Below are positions 19,113 through 28,775 of a stretch of DNA of 64,000 bases, in pieces. A program made the translations under genes and the position numbers. A model generated the notes under the pieces. It saw only the letters and a list, made by a program, of their open reading frames with translations, searched no databases and had not been told where the DNA came from. The stretch's first letter is position 1. Each line of letters opens with the position of its first letter. Origin of the DNA: Collinsella sp. (GTDB taxonomy: Bacteria > Actinomycetota > Coriobacteriia > Coriobacteriales > Coriobacteriaceae); contig DXMK01000005.1 in assembly GCA_019414245.1 (NCBI GenBank), positions 14,463-78,462 on the forward strand. Reading direction: 5' to 3'.

Positions 19113-19688
19113 ATGGCTGAGACTTCAAAACCGAGCCGCAGAAGACGGAGCGCCGCGCCGGTTAACCGACGCACGACATCGGTGACGTGGGGCAAACACG
19201 CCTCGGGGTTTGATGGCTCGTTCAAGCGCACTAAATACGGCTACCCTTCGGCAAGCGCTCGCTTGGCCATGCAGGCCGAGTCGTCGCTGCGGGGCCGCAA
19301 GCGCGTGGTGGGCTCAAAGCTCAAGCACGACGGAACGCTCGGTTACATCAGCCGCGGGGCGGCTCGCCGCAGTGGACTCAATCCGGCTGGTTGGCATCGT
19401 TATGTTCCGATCGTGGCCGTCGTTGCAGTGATCGTCATCGCACTCGCTGCGCTTGGCTACGCCGGCGGTGGCGCCAACTTGGACGCAGTGTTTAAATCGC
19501 CCGAGCTCGCGCATGCAGGCACAGAAGTTATCGAGGGCGCTCAGACCCAGACAGGCGTCGCGCCCCAGCGCGGCATCGTCGCGGCGGCCACCACCATCGC
19601 CGATGCTCAAAAGGACGAAGACAAGCAAGGCGACGACGCCGAAACGACCCAGACAAGCGAAGCGACGACAACTCAAATATCAACATAG
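19113..19688 (+). CDS. Hypothetical single-pass membrane protein
   Basis: Basic N-terminus, one hydrophobic stretch (VPIVAVVAVIVIALAALGY), acidic/Thr-rich tail, GAGG RBS. Confidence 0.65.
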   Translation: MAETSKPSRRRRSAAPVNRRTTSVTWGKHASGFDGSFKRTKYGYPSASARLAMQAESSLRGRKRVVGSKLKHDGTLGYISRGAARRSGLNPAGWHRYVPIVAVVAVIVIALAALGYAGGGANLDAVFKSPELAHAGTEVIEGAQTQTGVAPQRGIVAAATTIADAQKDEDKQGDDAETTQTSEATTTQIST

Positions 19689-19690
19689 CT

Positions 19691-19725
19691 TGCCGGCAGA
19701 AGGGGACGTTCCTTTTCTGCCGGCA
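19691..19725. repeat. REP-like palindrome or terminator (family A-related)
   Basis: TGCCGGCAGAAGGGGACGTTCCTTTTCTGCCGGCA. Confidence 0.6.
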
Positions 19726-19743
19726 GTTTGGGACACTCCTGCG

Positions 19744-20265
19744 CTACTTGACGTACACCACGTTGTTGCGGCGGGGTTTGGGCTCGGGTAGCGTGTCCTC
19801 GGCATAGCCCAGAATGCAGTTACCGACACCGCGCAGGCTGCCGTCGGCGGGCAGGCCCCAGCTGGCCAGCAGCTCCAGGCCCTCGGGCGAGTCAAAGACC
19901 TCATGCGCGCGGTGAATCCAGCACGAATCGACACCCAGTGCATAGGCGGCGTTGAGCAAGTTGCCCATGGCGAGCGAGCCGTCTTCCAGATGTGTGGGCA
20001 CGCTGCGGTCAACCAGCACCACCACAACGGTCTTGGCGCCATAGAAGGGGTCGCTGTTGCTGCCCATGACCTGGGCGTTGAGCTGTGAGAGACGCTCGAC
20101 GGTCGCGGGGTCGGTGACGGCGACAAACGTCACCGGCTGGCGTCCCATGCCGCTCGGTGCATATTGGCCGGCTTCGATAATACGTGCAAGCTTTTCGGCC
20201 TCGACGGGACGATCGCTGTAGTTGCGGCAGCTGCGACGGTGAATGAGTGCTTCGATAGTCTCCAT
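19744..20265 (-). CDS. Nitroreductase family protein
   Basis: RRSCRNY, APSGMGRQP, NLLNAAYALGVDSCWI; AAGGAG RBS. Confidence 0.9.
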   Translation of the reverse strand: METIEALIHRRSCRNYSDRPVEAEKLARIIEAGQYAPSGMGRQPVTFVAVTDPATVERLSQLNAQVMGSNSDPFYGAKTVVVVLVDRSVPTHLEDGSLAMGNLLNAAYALGVDSCWIHRAHEVFDSPEGLELLASWGLPADGSLRGVGNCILGYAEDTLPEPKPRRNNVVYVK

Positions 20266-20559
20266 GGTGTCTCCTTGCGGTGGCGTTGCAGATGCCTCGT
20301 TCATACCCGCCGGGCTTAAACGATAGACGGTCAATTGCCCGGCCAAAAGGATAGATTCCAATTGGGAAAGTAGGTTTGCATAAAAGTACCTTCAGAATGT
20401 GACAAACAAATGGGATGGTTAAACGTTTTATCCCGTCTACCCTGCGGTTTTTTACCACTTGCCTAAATGACGAACGCATAACCTCTGATAAAGGTTTTAC
20501 TAAAGGAGTACCAACGTTTATCAATGCGCCGTGGTGGCGCCGGGCCAGGAGGTAACATC

Positions 20560-20850
20560 ATGTTCCAGGCTGGAGATGTCGTCGAGACCGATTTCGAAGG
20601 ATTTCTGAAGCTGCTGCGTTCCAAGACGCGCGCTTTCGTGTCGATCAACGATCACGAGTACTACATCACGCACACCGATGGCTATTGGCGTGTTCAGGAT
20701 TGCGAGGCCCTCAACGACAAGGGCCACTTTACTGACTGTTCTGAGTTGGTCAACACGGTCTGCGAGGTCGTCGAGCTGCCGTGGATTGCCGGCAAGAGCC
20801 TGCATGACAGCTTCTCGGGCGCTACGGTCTATGAGGCCGTCGCCGCTTAA
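20560..20850 (+). CDS. Small hypothetical protein (96 aa)
   Basis: Strong AGGAGG RBS, host-like codon usage, own terminator. Confidence 0.7.
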   Translation: MFQAGDVVETDFEGFLKLLRSKTRAFVSINDHEYYITHTDGYWRVQDCEALNDKGHFTDCSELVNTVCEVVELPWIAGKSLHDSFSGATVYEAVAA

Positions 20851-20876
20851 CAGGCAATAAAACCCGATTTTCACGT

Positions 20877-20912
20877 GACCGCTGGCGCCGCCCCCGCGCC
20901 GGCGGTCTTTTT
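20877..20912 (+). terminator. Intrinsic terminator
   Basis: GACCGCTGGCGC..GCGCCGGCGGTC then TTTTT. Confidence 0.7.
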
Positions 20913-20955
20913 CTGCCGATAGGCCATAAAAGTGCACGCATTTGCGGAGAGGCTG

Positions 20956-21015
20956 TTGACGATAGTCAAAACTCGGACTAATCTAGAGACATAAAATTGG
21001 TCAAAAATCGGACAA
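20956..21015 (+). promoter_or_regulatory. Sigma70-type promoter with two MarR-type operator candidates
   Basis: TTGACG-17-TAATCT; TAGTCAAAACTCGGACTA (20963-20980) and TGGTCAAAAATCGGACAA (20998-21015). Confidence 0.65.
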
Positions 21016-21031
21016 TCGAATGGTGGGATAG

Positions 21032-21532
21032 ATGAATGGTGCGGTTAAACTGGTCGACTTCGACCGGTTGCTCAATGGACTCGACCATATCTATTCGGAG
21101 TTCTCGCGTGCCTGCGGCCTTTCGGACTGCGCTTACTGGATGCTCGTCGATACCAGCACGGCGGGCGGCAGTATTGCCGTAAGCCGTCTGACAAGCGAAT
21201 GGTTCTACAGCAAGCAGACCATCAATTCGGCAATTAAAACCTTGACGGCGCGGGGCTTCGCAACGTTGGAGTTTGCCGAAGGCAGCCGTAAGAACAAGGT
21301 TGTGAGCCTGACCGAAGAGGGCAGGCGATTTGCCGAGCGTTATGCGCTGCCGGCACTCAAGGCCGAGCAGCGAGCCTTTGGCGCGCTTGAGCCATGTGAG
21401 CAGCGCGAGATTATGCGCTTGATCGGCAAATTCTCTCAGGTGCTCGGCGACGAGTGCGAGACATTTAAACAGCAGGTGGCAGCCGCAAGCCAGATGCAAG
21501 ATCGACGTGAGGGGGAGTCGTGCGACTGTTAA
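21032..21532 (+). CDS. MarR-family regulator
   Basis: SKQTINSAIKTL..G and SRKNKVVSLTEEG winged helix. Confidence 0.88.
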   Translation: MNGAVKLVDFDRLLNGLDHIYSEFSRACGLSDCAYWMLVDTSTAGGSIAVSRLTSEWFYSKQTINSAIKTLTARGFATLEFAEGSRKNKVVSLTEEGRRFAERYALPALKAEQRAFGALEPCEQREIMRLIGKFSQVLGDECETFKQQVAAASQMQDRREGESCDC

Positions 21533-23256
21533 TGAGGTTTCTAAAGCCATATCGAGGGCTTGTCGCAGTGACGCTGCTGGTGCTGCTGGTGGATAACGTC
21601 GGTACGCTGCTGGTTCCCACGATGCTGGCGAACATGGTCAACACCGGTATTACCACGGGCGATGTCGACTACATTTTACGCAACGGCCTATACATGTTTA
21701 TTGCGACCAGCATGGCTAGCGGCGGCACGGTGCTGGGCTGCTATCTTTCGGCGCGCCTGGCCGCCAACGTGGCTTGCGATATCCGCAATGCCGTGTACGA
21801 CAAATCGCTCGAGCTCGCGGCCAGCGATTTTGAGCGCTTTGGCACCGGATCGATGATCACGCGCTCGCTCAACGACATCAACGTGATTCAGCAGGCGATT
21901 CTGCAGACGATTCAGCTGGTGCTGCCCGTGCCGTTTTTGGCTGTGGCGGGCATCATCTTCGCCTGGTTTATCGATCCCGCCATGGGCACGCTTCTGGGCG
22001 TAGTCGTTGCGATTGTGCTGGTGGCGGCAGTCTTTACGGTTGCCCACGCGGCGCCGATTTTTATGCGCCTACAGGGCTTTATCGACCGCATGAACGTGGT
22101 GCTGCGCGAGAATATTGTGGGCGTGCGCGTCATCCGTGCGTTTAACAAGGAGCGCCACGAGGAACGGCGTCTGGACGAGGTGTTTAGCGAATACGCCGCC
22201 AACGCCATCAAAGTCAACCACCTGTTTGTGGGCCTCGACAGCTCCAGCTTCTTTTTGATGAACATCGCCGAGGTGGCGGTGCTGTGGGTTGGCGGCAACC
22301 GCGTGGGCGCCCATGCGATGCAGATCGCGAGCATCTCTGCGGTGCTCGAGTACGCAATCCTGATTCTGTTCTTTGTGATGATGGCGCAGATGGTGGTGCT
22401 AACGCTGCCACGCGCCGCGGCATGCCTAAGCCGTGCACAGCAGGTGCTGGAGATTGAGCCGAGCATCGTCGATGGCCAGCGTACGCTTGATGCGGCCGCG
22501 TCCGACTCAAAGGACGGGGCCGATGCGGTCGCCGTGTTCGATCATATGTCGTTTCGCTTTGACGATGCCGACGAGGACACCCTGTGCGACCTGAGCTTTG
22601 CCTGTCGTCGCGGTCAGACGACCGCAATCGTCGGCTCGACGGGTTCGGGCAAGTCGACGGTGGCCAAGCTCTTGCTGCGCTTCCACGATGCCACCAAGGG
22701 CGCCATTCGCCTGGACGGTGTCGATCTGCGCGAGCTTTCGCAAGATGAGATCCGTGGACACATCGCCTATGTGCCGCAGAAGGCGTGGCTGTTCTCGGGC
22801 ACCGTGGCAAGTAATCTGCGCTTTGGCAACGAGGACGCGACCGAGACCGACATGCTTCACGCGCTTGAGGTTGCCCAGAGCACCTTTGTACTCGATCAGC
22901 CGCAGGGGCTCGATACCCCGGTGGCGCAGGGCGGCACGAACTTTTCAGGCGGCCAGCGCCAGCGCCTGGCCATTGCTCGCGCGCTCATGAAGCAGGCCGA
23001 TCTGTACATCTTCGATGACAGTTTTTCGGCCCTGGACTTTAAGACCGATGCCGCCCTGCGCCATGCGTTGCAAGACGAGACGCGTGACGCTGCGGTGCTC
23101 ATCATCGCGCAGCGCATCTCGACGATCTTGCACGCCGACCAGATTGTCGTGCTCAAGGATGGCGAGGTTGTGGGTCTGGGCACGCATGGCGAGCTTATGG
23201 AAACCTGCGAGGTGTACCGTGCCATCGCGGAATCGCAGATGAAGGGAGGTGAGTAG
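21520..23256 (+). CDS. ABC exporter subunit (TMD+NBD, degenerate site)
   Basis: TMD, GSTGSGKS, FSGGQ; FDDSFSALD has Asp in place of the catalytic Glu. Confidence 0.93.
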   Translation: MRLLMRFLKPYRGLVAVTLLVLLVDNVGTLLVPTMLANMVNTGITTGDVDYILRNGLYMFIATSMASGGTVLGCYLSARLAANVACDIRNAVYDKSLELAASDFERFGTGSMITRSLNDINVIQQAILQTIQLVLPVPFLAVAGIIFAWFIDPAMGTLLGVVVAIVLVAAVFTVAHAAPIFMRLQGFIDRMNVVLRENIVGVRVIRAFNKERHEERRLDEVFSEYAANAIKVNHLFVGLDSSSFFLMNIAEVAVLWVGGNRVGAHAMQIASISAVLEYAILILFFVMMAQMVVLTLPRAAACLSRAQQVLEIEPSIVDGQRTLDAAASDSKDGADAVAVFDHMSFRFDDADEDTLCDLSFACRRGQTTAIVGSTGSGKSTVAKLLLRFHDATKGAIRLDGVDLRELSQDEIRGHIAYVPQKAWLFSGTVASNLRFGNEDATETDMLHALEVAQSTFVLDQPQGLDTPVAQGGTNFSGGQRQRLAIARALMKQADLYIFDDSFSALDFKTDAALRHALQDETRDAAVLIIAQRISTILHADQIVVLKDGEVVGLGTHGELMETCEVYRAIAESQMKGGE

Positions 23257-23257
23257 C

Positions 23258-25264
23258 ATGACCGAGGAGCTCAAGAAGCAGGGCGGCGTTGATGACGCCG
23301 CTGCCGCGGGACTGGTCGAGGAAACGGCTGCCGCGTCGACCGAGCTGGATGACGCCGCCAAGGCTGCGGCCGAGCGCGAGGCTCGCCGCCAAGCGCTCTA
23401 CGAGGAAAACGAACGTGCCGAGGACGAGCGCGCCCGCGCCGAGGCAGAGCGTATGCGCGACGTGGACGACGAAGACGAGGACGAGACGCCTCGGGATACC
23501 TGGGCGACGGTGCGCCGCCTGTGGAGTGAGGCTGCCGGCGACCATTGGCGCTTCTATATCGTGTTCGCGAGCATTGTGTTCTATGTCATCTTTAACACTG
23601 CCGCGCCGGCATATAGCGCCCGCGTGATCGATGAGCTGTGGGGCCACATTCAGGTAGCGTTTGTCAACAACGCCACCTTCAGCATCACCTGGGAGAACTG
23701 CGGCAGGACTATCTTCATCTACTTTTTGATTTGGACGGCCGCCGCTTCGTTCTACGCGCTCCAGAGCTTTTTGATGTCGAGCGTGGCCGAACGCCTCAAT
23801 CTACGCCTGCGCAACCGCATCGCGCAAAAGCTCAACCGTCTGCCGCTCGCCTATTTTGACGCGCATCGTCCCGGCGAGGTCGTCAGCCGCGCGACCAACG
23901 ACCTGGACAAGATGTCCGAGAGCATGCAGCGCGGATTGCTGCAGCTGCTCGTGTCGATCGGCACGGTTGTTGGTGCTGTGAGCGTGATGTTCGTGTTCAG
24001 CGTGCAGCTTACGCTCGTCTTTCTGTTCTTTACGGCACTGTCGCTGCTGGTGACGAAGGTCGTCTCGCGCCGCACACACGATGTGACGGGCGAGCGCCAG
24101 GAGTGGGTGTCCAAGATTACGAGTGCGGTCGAGGAAGGCTATTCGGGCCGTCTGGTGATCCGCGCGTTTAACCGCGAACGTCAGAGCTCCGCTGAGGTGC
24201 ACGAGGCTTCGAAGGAACTGGCGCGCGTGAGTACCAAGGCCGACTTTATGATCAACGCCGTCGGACCCGCGGTTCGCTTTATCGGTCGCCTGGCGCAGAT
24301 CGTGATTGCGCTCGTGGGCTGCAGCATGCTGGTCGCCGGTCACATGACCGTCGGCGTGTTCCAGGCGTTCTTCCAGTTTATCTACGAGGCGTCCGAACCC
24401 ATGACGCAGCTGTCGTTCACTTTCAACTCGCTGCAGAGCGCGCTGGCGAGTGCGGAGCGCGTGTTCGACCTGCTCGATGAGCCCGAGATGGAGGCCGATC
24501 CGCAGCCGGGCGAGGCTGCCAATCTGCCGGGTCGCGTGGAGGGCCGTGTCGCTTTTGAGCATGTGCGCTTTGGCTACACGCCCGAAAAGCCGCTCATGTG
24601 CGACGTGTCGTTTACCGCCGAACCGGGTCAGAAGATTGCGGTGGTGGGAACAACGGGTGCGGGTAAGACCACGCTCATCAACTTACTCATGCGCTTTTAC
24701 GAAATCGACGGCGGCCGCATTACGCTCGACGGTGTGGATACGCGCCTCGTGAACCGCGGTGAGCTACGTCAGCAGTTTGGCATGGTGCTGCAGGACGCCT
24801 GGCTGTTCGACGGCACGATTGCCGAAAACATCGCCTACGGCTGCCCCGAGGCAACGCGCGATGAGATCGTGGCTGCCGCCCGCGCCGCGCAGGTCGACTT
24901 CTTTGTGCGCACCATGCCGCAGGGCTACGACACGCGCGTGGCCAATGATGCCGAAAGCATCAGCCAGGGCCAGCGTCAGCTGCTGACCATTGCGCGCGTG
25001 CTGCTCAACAACCCGGCGATTCTCATTCTGGATGAGGCGACCTCAAGCGTGGATACGCGCACCGAGCTTGCCATCGGCCGTGCCATGGACGCGCTCATGC
25101 ATGGGCGCACAAGCTTTGTGATCGCGCATCGCCTGTCGACGATCGTGGACGCCGACCTGATCTTGGTCATGGATCACGGCAACATTATCGAGCAAGGCAC
25201 GCATAAGGAACTGCTGGCTGCCGAGGGTGCTTACGCCGACCTCTATCTGAGTCAGTTCGCATAA
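23258..25264 (+). CDS. ABC exporter subunit (TMD+NBD, consensus site)
   Basis: GTTGAGKT, ISQGQ, LDEATSSVD, AHRL; acidic N-terminal extension. Alternative start 23249. Confidence 0.93.
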   Translation: MTEELKKQGGVDDAAAAGLVEETAAASTELDDAAKAAAEREARRQALYEENERAEDERARAEAERMRDVDDEDEDETPRDTWATVRRLWSEAAGDHWRFYIVFASIVFYVIFNTAAPAYSARVIDELWGHIQVAFVNNATFSITWENCGRTIFIYFLIWTAAASFYALQSFLMSSVAERLNLRLRNRIAQKLNRLPLAYFDAHRPGEVVSRATNDLDKMSESMQRGLLQLLVSIGTVVGAVSVMFVFSVQLTLVFLFFTALSLLVTKVVSRRTHDVTGERQEWVSKITSAVEEGYSGRLVIRAFNRERQSSAEVHEASKELARVSTKADFMINAVGPAVRFIGRLAQIVIALVGCSMLVAGHMTVGVFQAFFQFIYEASEPMTQLSFTFNSLQSALASAERVFDLLDEPEMEADPQPGEAANLPGRVEGRVAFEHVRFGYTPEKPLMCDVSFTAEPGQKIAVVGTTGAGKTTLINLLMRFYEIDGGRITLDGVDTRLVNRGELRQQFGMVLQDAWLFDGTIAENIAYGCPEATRDEIVAAARAAQVDFFVRTMPQGYDTRVANDAESISQGQRQLLTIARVLLNNPAILILDEATSSVDTRTELAIGRAMDALMHGRTSFVIAHRLSTIVDADLILVMDHGNIIEQGTHKELLAAEGAYADLYLSQFA

Positions 25265-25295
25265 TGTGACAAAGGGACAGTCCCGCATGTCACAT
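25264..25295. repeat. REP-like palindrome (family A-related)
   Basis: ATGTGACAAAGGGACAGTCCCGCATGTCACAT; related copy at 48821. Confidence 0.7.
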
Positions 25296-25377
25296 CAAAA
25301 AGAAAGGCGCGCCGGGGATGGATTCCCTGGCGAGCCTTTTGCGTCGGTGCCGATGTTGTTTTGTGCCGCTCGCGTTC

Positions 25378-26082
25378 CTAGCGCTCGTCCACGAGCTTGG
25401 CGACGAGGGCCTTGAGCTCGGCCACCTCTCGCTCGAGTTCTTTGACGCGGCGGGCATTCTCGGTGATACCCTGGCGGTTGAGGGCGGACTGCTCGGCGGC
25501 GTCATCGGGCATGTACTCGCGATGCTGCTTGGCGTCGAAACTCTCCTCGAACACACGGCAGCCGTTGCGCTTGATGATGCGTCCCGGCACGCCCACGACG
25601 GTGCAGTTGTCGGGCACGTCCTTGACGACAACCGAGTTGCCGCCGATTTTGACGTTGTTGCCGATGCGGATGTTGCCGAGCACCTTGGCGCCCGTGCCCA
25701 CGGTGACGTTATCGCCGAGCGTTGGGTGGCGTTTGCCGGTCTCGTTGCCGGTACCGCCGAGCGTGACGCCCTGGTAGAGCACGCAGTTGTCGCCCACGAT
25801 GGTGGTCTCGCCGATGACGACGCCCATGGCATGGTCGATAAAGAAGTGCTTGCCGATCTGTGCGGCGGGATGAATCTCGACGCCGGTGATGTGGCGGGTG
25901 ATTTGCGAGAGCACGCGGGCGAGCGAGCGATGACCGTGCTCCCAGAGCCAGTGCTCGGGTACGTGGTTCCACTTGGCATGCAGGCCAGGGTAGGAAAGGA
26001 AAATGACCAGACCGTTTTGCGCGGCGGGGTCCTGCGCTTGGACGGTCTTGATGTCCTCGCGAATGGTATTGATAAAGCTCAC
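25378..26082 (-). CDS. cysE: Serine O-acetyltransferase
   Basis: [39 protein letters not shown] hexapeptide repeats; GTG start after GGGAGG. Confidence 0.95.
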   Translation of the reverse strand: MSFINTIREDIKTVQAQDPAAQNGLVIFLSYPGLHAKWNHVPEHWLWEHGHRSLARVLSQITRHITGVEIHPAAQIGKHFFIDHAMGVVIGETTIVGDNCVLYQGVTLGGTGNETGKRHPTLGDNVTVGTGAKVLGNIRIGNNVKIGGNSVVVKDVPDNCTVVGVPGRIIKRNGCRVFEESFDAKQHREYMPDDAAEQSALNRQGITENARRVKELEREVAELKALVAKLVDER

Positions 26083-26305
26083 CGGCCGCCCTCCCTTAGC
26101 GCCATGGCAATGCGATTCAATAAAGTATAGCGATTCGCTAGGGATTAGGTAGAACAATCTTGGCAGCTTTGCACGACAGGTGTCAGTTATGCAAACTTGC
26201 TGGTAATGGAGTCATGCTTTTGTGGGGTTGCGCACGAGGGGGCGCCGCAACCGTATACTGGTCAACTTGGACGTATCCGCGCCCACAACTGAGAGGTTTT
26301 ACTTC

Positions 26306-26953
26306 ATGGGTTTCATCAATTTTATCGCCGAGCTGCTTAAGGACCCGCGCACCGCGATCGCCAGCTGGATCGCCGCCGGCCCGCTTATGGCCTACGGCTG
26401 CGTGTTCCTGATCATCTTTATCGAGACGGGCGTGGTGTTCTTCCCGTTCCTTCCCGGTGATTCGCTGCTGTTCGCCTCGGGTTTCTTCGCCCACAACGGC
26501 GGCTTTAACATTGTGGCGCTTCTGGCCACCGCATGGGCCGCTGCCATTTTGGGCGATCAGTGCAACTTTATGATCGGCCATTTCTTTGGCAAAAAGATCA
26601 TTGCCTCGGGCAAGGTCAAGGCCATGACGCCCGAGCGCATCAAAAAGTCCGAGGACTTCTTGGACAAGTGGGGCCACCTGGCCATCTTCCTGGGCCGCTT
26701 CTTTCCGTTTATCCGCACCTTTGTGCCCTTCATCGCTGGCATGGGCGGCATGCACTGGCGCAACTTTGTCATCTTTAACGTGCTGGGCGGCATTACCTGG
26801 TCGACGGTCTTTACGCTGCTGGGCTACTTCTTTGGCGGCATTCCCTTTGTGCAGGAGCACTTTGAGCTGCTAATCGTTGGCATCGTTGCCGTGTCGATTA
26901 TCCCGACCGTGGTCGGTCTGGTTAAGGCTAAGCTGGGCAAAAAGAACGCTTAG
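26306..26953 (+). CDS. DedA/VTT-family membrane protein
   Basis: FIETG..PFLPGDSLLF and GRFFPFIRTF. Confidence 0.93.
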   Translation: MGFINFIAELLKDPRTAIASWIAAGPLMAYGCVFLIIFIETGVVFFPFLPGDSLLFASGFFAHNGGFNIVALLATAWAAAILGDQCNFMIGHFFGKKIIASGKVKAMTPERIKKSEDFLDKWGHLAIFLGRFFPFIRTFVPFIAGMGGMHWRNFVIFNVLGGITWSTVFTLLGYFFGGIPFVQEHFELLIVGIVAVSIIPTVVGLVKAKLGKKNA

Positions 26954-26982
26954 CTCGAGCCAGCGCGCAAACCGTGCAGTTG

Positions 26983-27017
26983 AGGCCCGTCACCGCTTAC
27001 GGTGGCGGGCCTTTTTG
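26983..27017 (+). terminator. Intrinsic terminator
   Basis: AGGCCCGTCACCG-CTTA-CGGTGGCGGGCCT then TTTT. Confidence 0.8.
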
Positions 27018-27241
27018 CTTCGGTCAAATGAAAATACTTTAGTTAGTTAAAGAAAAACGTTTTATCCGATGCGTGTGCGGAGTACAATCTCGTGCATGCG
27101 AATCGACGTGCCATCGGCTTTGATGCTGTCCGCGTGTCCCGTCCGGCTCTACGCTCCGGGCGTGCGATGTTGCGACGCGGTCGGCCCCGGTCCTTGCGTG
27201 CGGGTTCGCGAGTATGCAACTGTGTATGTAAGGAGCGACAT

Positions 27242-28294
27242 ATGACTGTCGAGAAGAAGGATATCGATTGGGGTAGCCTCGGCTTTGGCTACATGAAGAC
27301 CGATTACAGCTACGAGGCTCATTGGAAGGATGGCGAGTGGGACGAGGGCGGCCTGACTACCGACCACACCCTGCATGTCTCCGAGTGCGGCGGCATCTTC
27401 CATTACTGCCAGGAGGTCTTTGAGGGCCTGAAGGCCTACACCGCCGAGGACGGTAGCATCGTCTGCTTCCGTCCCGACATGAACGCCGAGCGTATGTACA
27501 ACTCTGCGCAGCGCCTCGAGATGCCCCCGTTCCCCAAGGACAAGTTCGTCGAGGCTGTCAAGCAGGTCGTTTCTGCAAACGCCGCCTGGGTTCCGCCCTT
27601 CGGTTCCGGTGCGACCCTGTACGTGCGTCCGTTTATGATCGGCTCCGGTGACGTGATTGGCGTGGCTCCCGCTCCTGAGTACACGTTCCGCATTCTCGTG
27701 ACCCCGGTCGGTCCGTACTTTAAGGGTGGCCTTAAGCCCGTTAAGCTGCGCGTTTCCGAGTACGACCGTGCCGCACCGCACGGCACCGGCAATATCAAGG
27801 CCGGCCTGAACTACGCCATGTCCCTCAAGCCCACGATGGAGGCCCATCGCGAGGGCTATGCCGAGAACCTGTATCTCGACTCCGAGTCCCGCACCTATGT
27901 CGAGGAGACCGGCGGCGCCAACGTCCTGTTCGTGAAGGAGGACGGTACGCTCGTCGTTCCGCAATCGCACACCGACTCCATCCTGCCCTCTATCACCCGT
28001 CGTTCGCTCGTTCAGGTCGCTCAGGACCTGGGCATGACCGTCGATCAGCGTCCCGTCGAGTGGGCCGAGGTCAAGGCCGGTACCTTTGTCGAGTGCGGCC
28101 TGTGCGGCACCGCTGCCGTCATCTCCCCGGTTGGCGAGATCGACAACAAGGTTTACGGCGCCGACGAGACCGTGACCTTCCCGGCTGGCTACACCGAGAT
28201 CGGCCCTGTGATGAAGAAGCTCCGCGAGACCCTGACTGGCATCCAGTCCGGTGCTGTCGAGGACAAGCACAACTGGGTTTACACCGTCGCGTAA
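27242..28294 (+). CDS. ilvE: Branched-chain amino acid aminotransferase
   Basis: LGFG, HYCQEVFEGLKAY, PLP lysine in IKAGLNY, ILPSITR, GTAAVISP. Confidence 0.95.
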   Translation: MTVEKKDIDWGSLGFGYMKTDYSYEAHWKDGEWDEGGLTTDHTLHVSECGGIFHYCQEVFEGLKAYTAEDGSIVCFRPDMNAERMYNSAQRLEMPPFPKDKFVEAVKQVVSANAAWVPPFGSGATLYVRPFMIGSGDVIGVAPAPEYTFRILVTPVGPYFKGGLKPVKLRVSEYDRAAPHGTGNIKAGLNYAMSLKPTMEAHREGYAENLYLDSESRTYVEETGGANVLFVKEDGTLVVPQSHTDSILPSITRRSLVQVAQDLGMTVDQRPVEWAEVKAGTFVECGLCGTAAVISPVGEIDNKVYGADETVTFPAGYTEIGPVMKKLRETLTGIQSGAVEDKHNWVYTVA

Positions 28295-28321
28295 TTTGTC
28301 TTACCTATCCGGGCAGAGAGC

Positions 28322-28424
28322 AAGTTCCCTCCCGGCGCGTCCTCGGACATGCAAGAAGCCCCTCGCTGCGCACTTCGTGCGGCGAGGGCTTCTTGCATCC
28401 TGCGGAGTGCGCCGGAAAGGAGGG
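28322..28424 (+). repeat. Long hairpin element, GTCCT/TGCGGA family
   Basis: CCGGCGC-GTCCTCGG-[long stem-loop]-CCTGCGGA-GT-GCGCCGG. Confidence 0.6.
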
Positions 28425-28468
28425 TCGCCCTTTTGTTTTGCTTCGCGCCATGTGGGGGCGGTGGCGAC

Positions 28469-28669
28469 GTGCATTTTTGCGAGTATTCTGCAATCGAAGG
28501 CCCCTGCATACCGACCTCGGGCAAAAAATCGGGATTTCTCGATGTTTTCTACGGATGATGGGCGGGGTTATGGGCTGACAGCGTTTGATTTGCAGGGATA
28601 TTCGCGGTCTTTGGCATTTATCGTGGCGCCCGAAGCTCTTGGTTATGTTGAATACTCCTAAAAATGCAC
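28469..28669. repeat. MITE-like element with terminal inverted repeats
   Basis: GTGCATTTTTGCGAGTATTC / GAATACTCCTAAAAATGCAC (18/20); related ends at 58371-58540. Confidence 0.6.
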
Positions 28670-28700
28670 GGCGCTTAGAGGGGGACCTTCGCGAAAAAGG

Positions 28701-28739
28701 AAACCGCCCCGTCGAAGTATGCATTCGACGGGGCGGTTT
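28701..28739. terminator. Terminator for lemA, possibly bidirectional
   Basis: AAACCGCCCCGTCGAA..TTCGACGGGGCGGTTT. Confidence 0.75.
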
Positions 28740-28775
28740 ATGCATTTGGCCGATTAAGGATGCGCTGCCAAACTA

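Noticed and set aside
27092..27245. Leader peptide or T-box upstream of ilvE
   Set aside because: No run of Ile/Leu/Val codons in a short ORF, no T-box sequence and no attenuator hairpin with a U tract could be identified.
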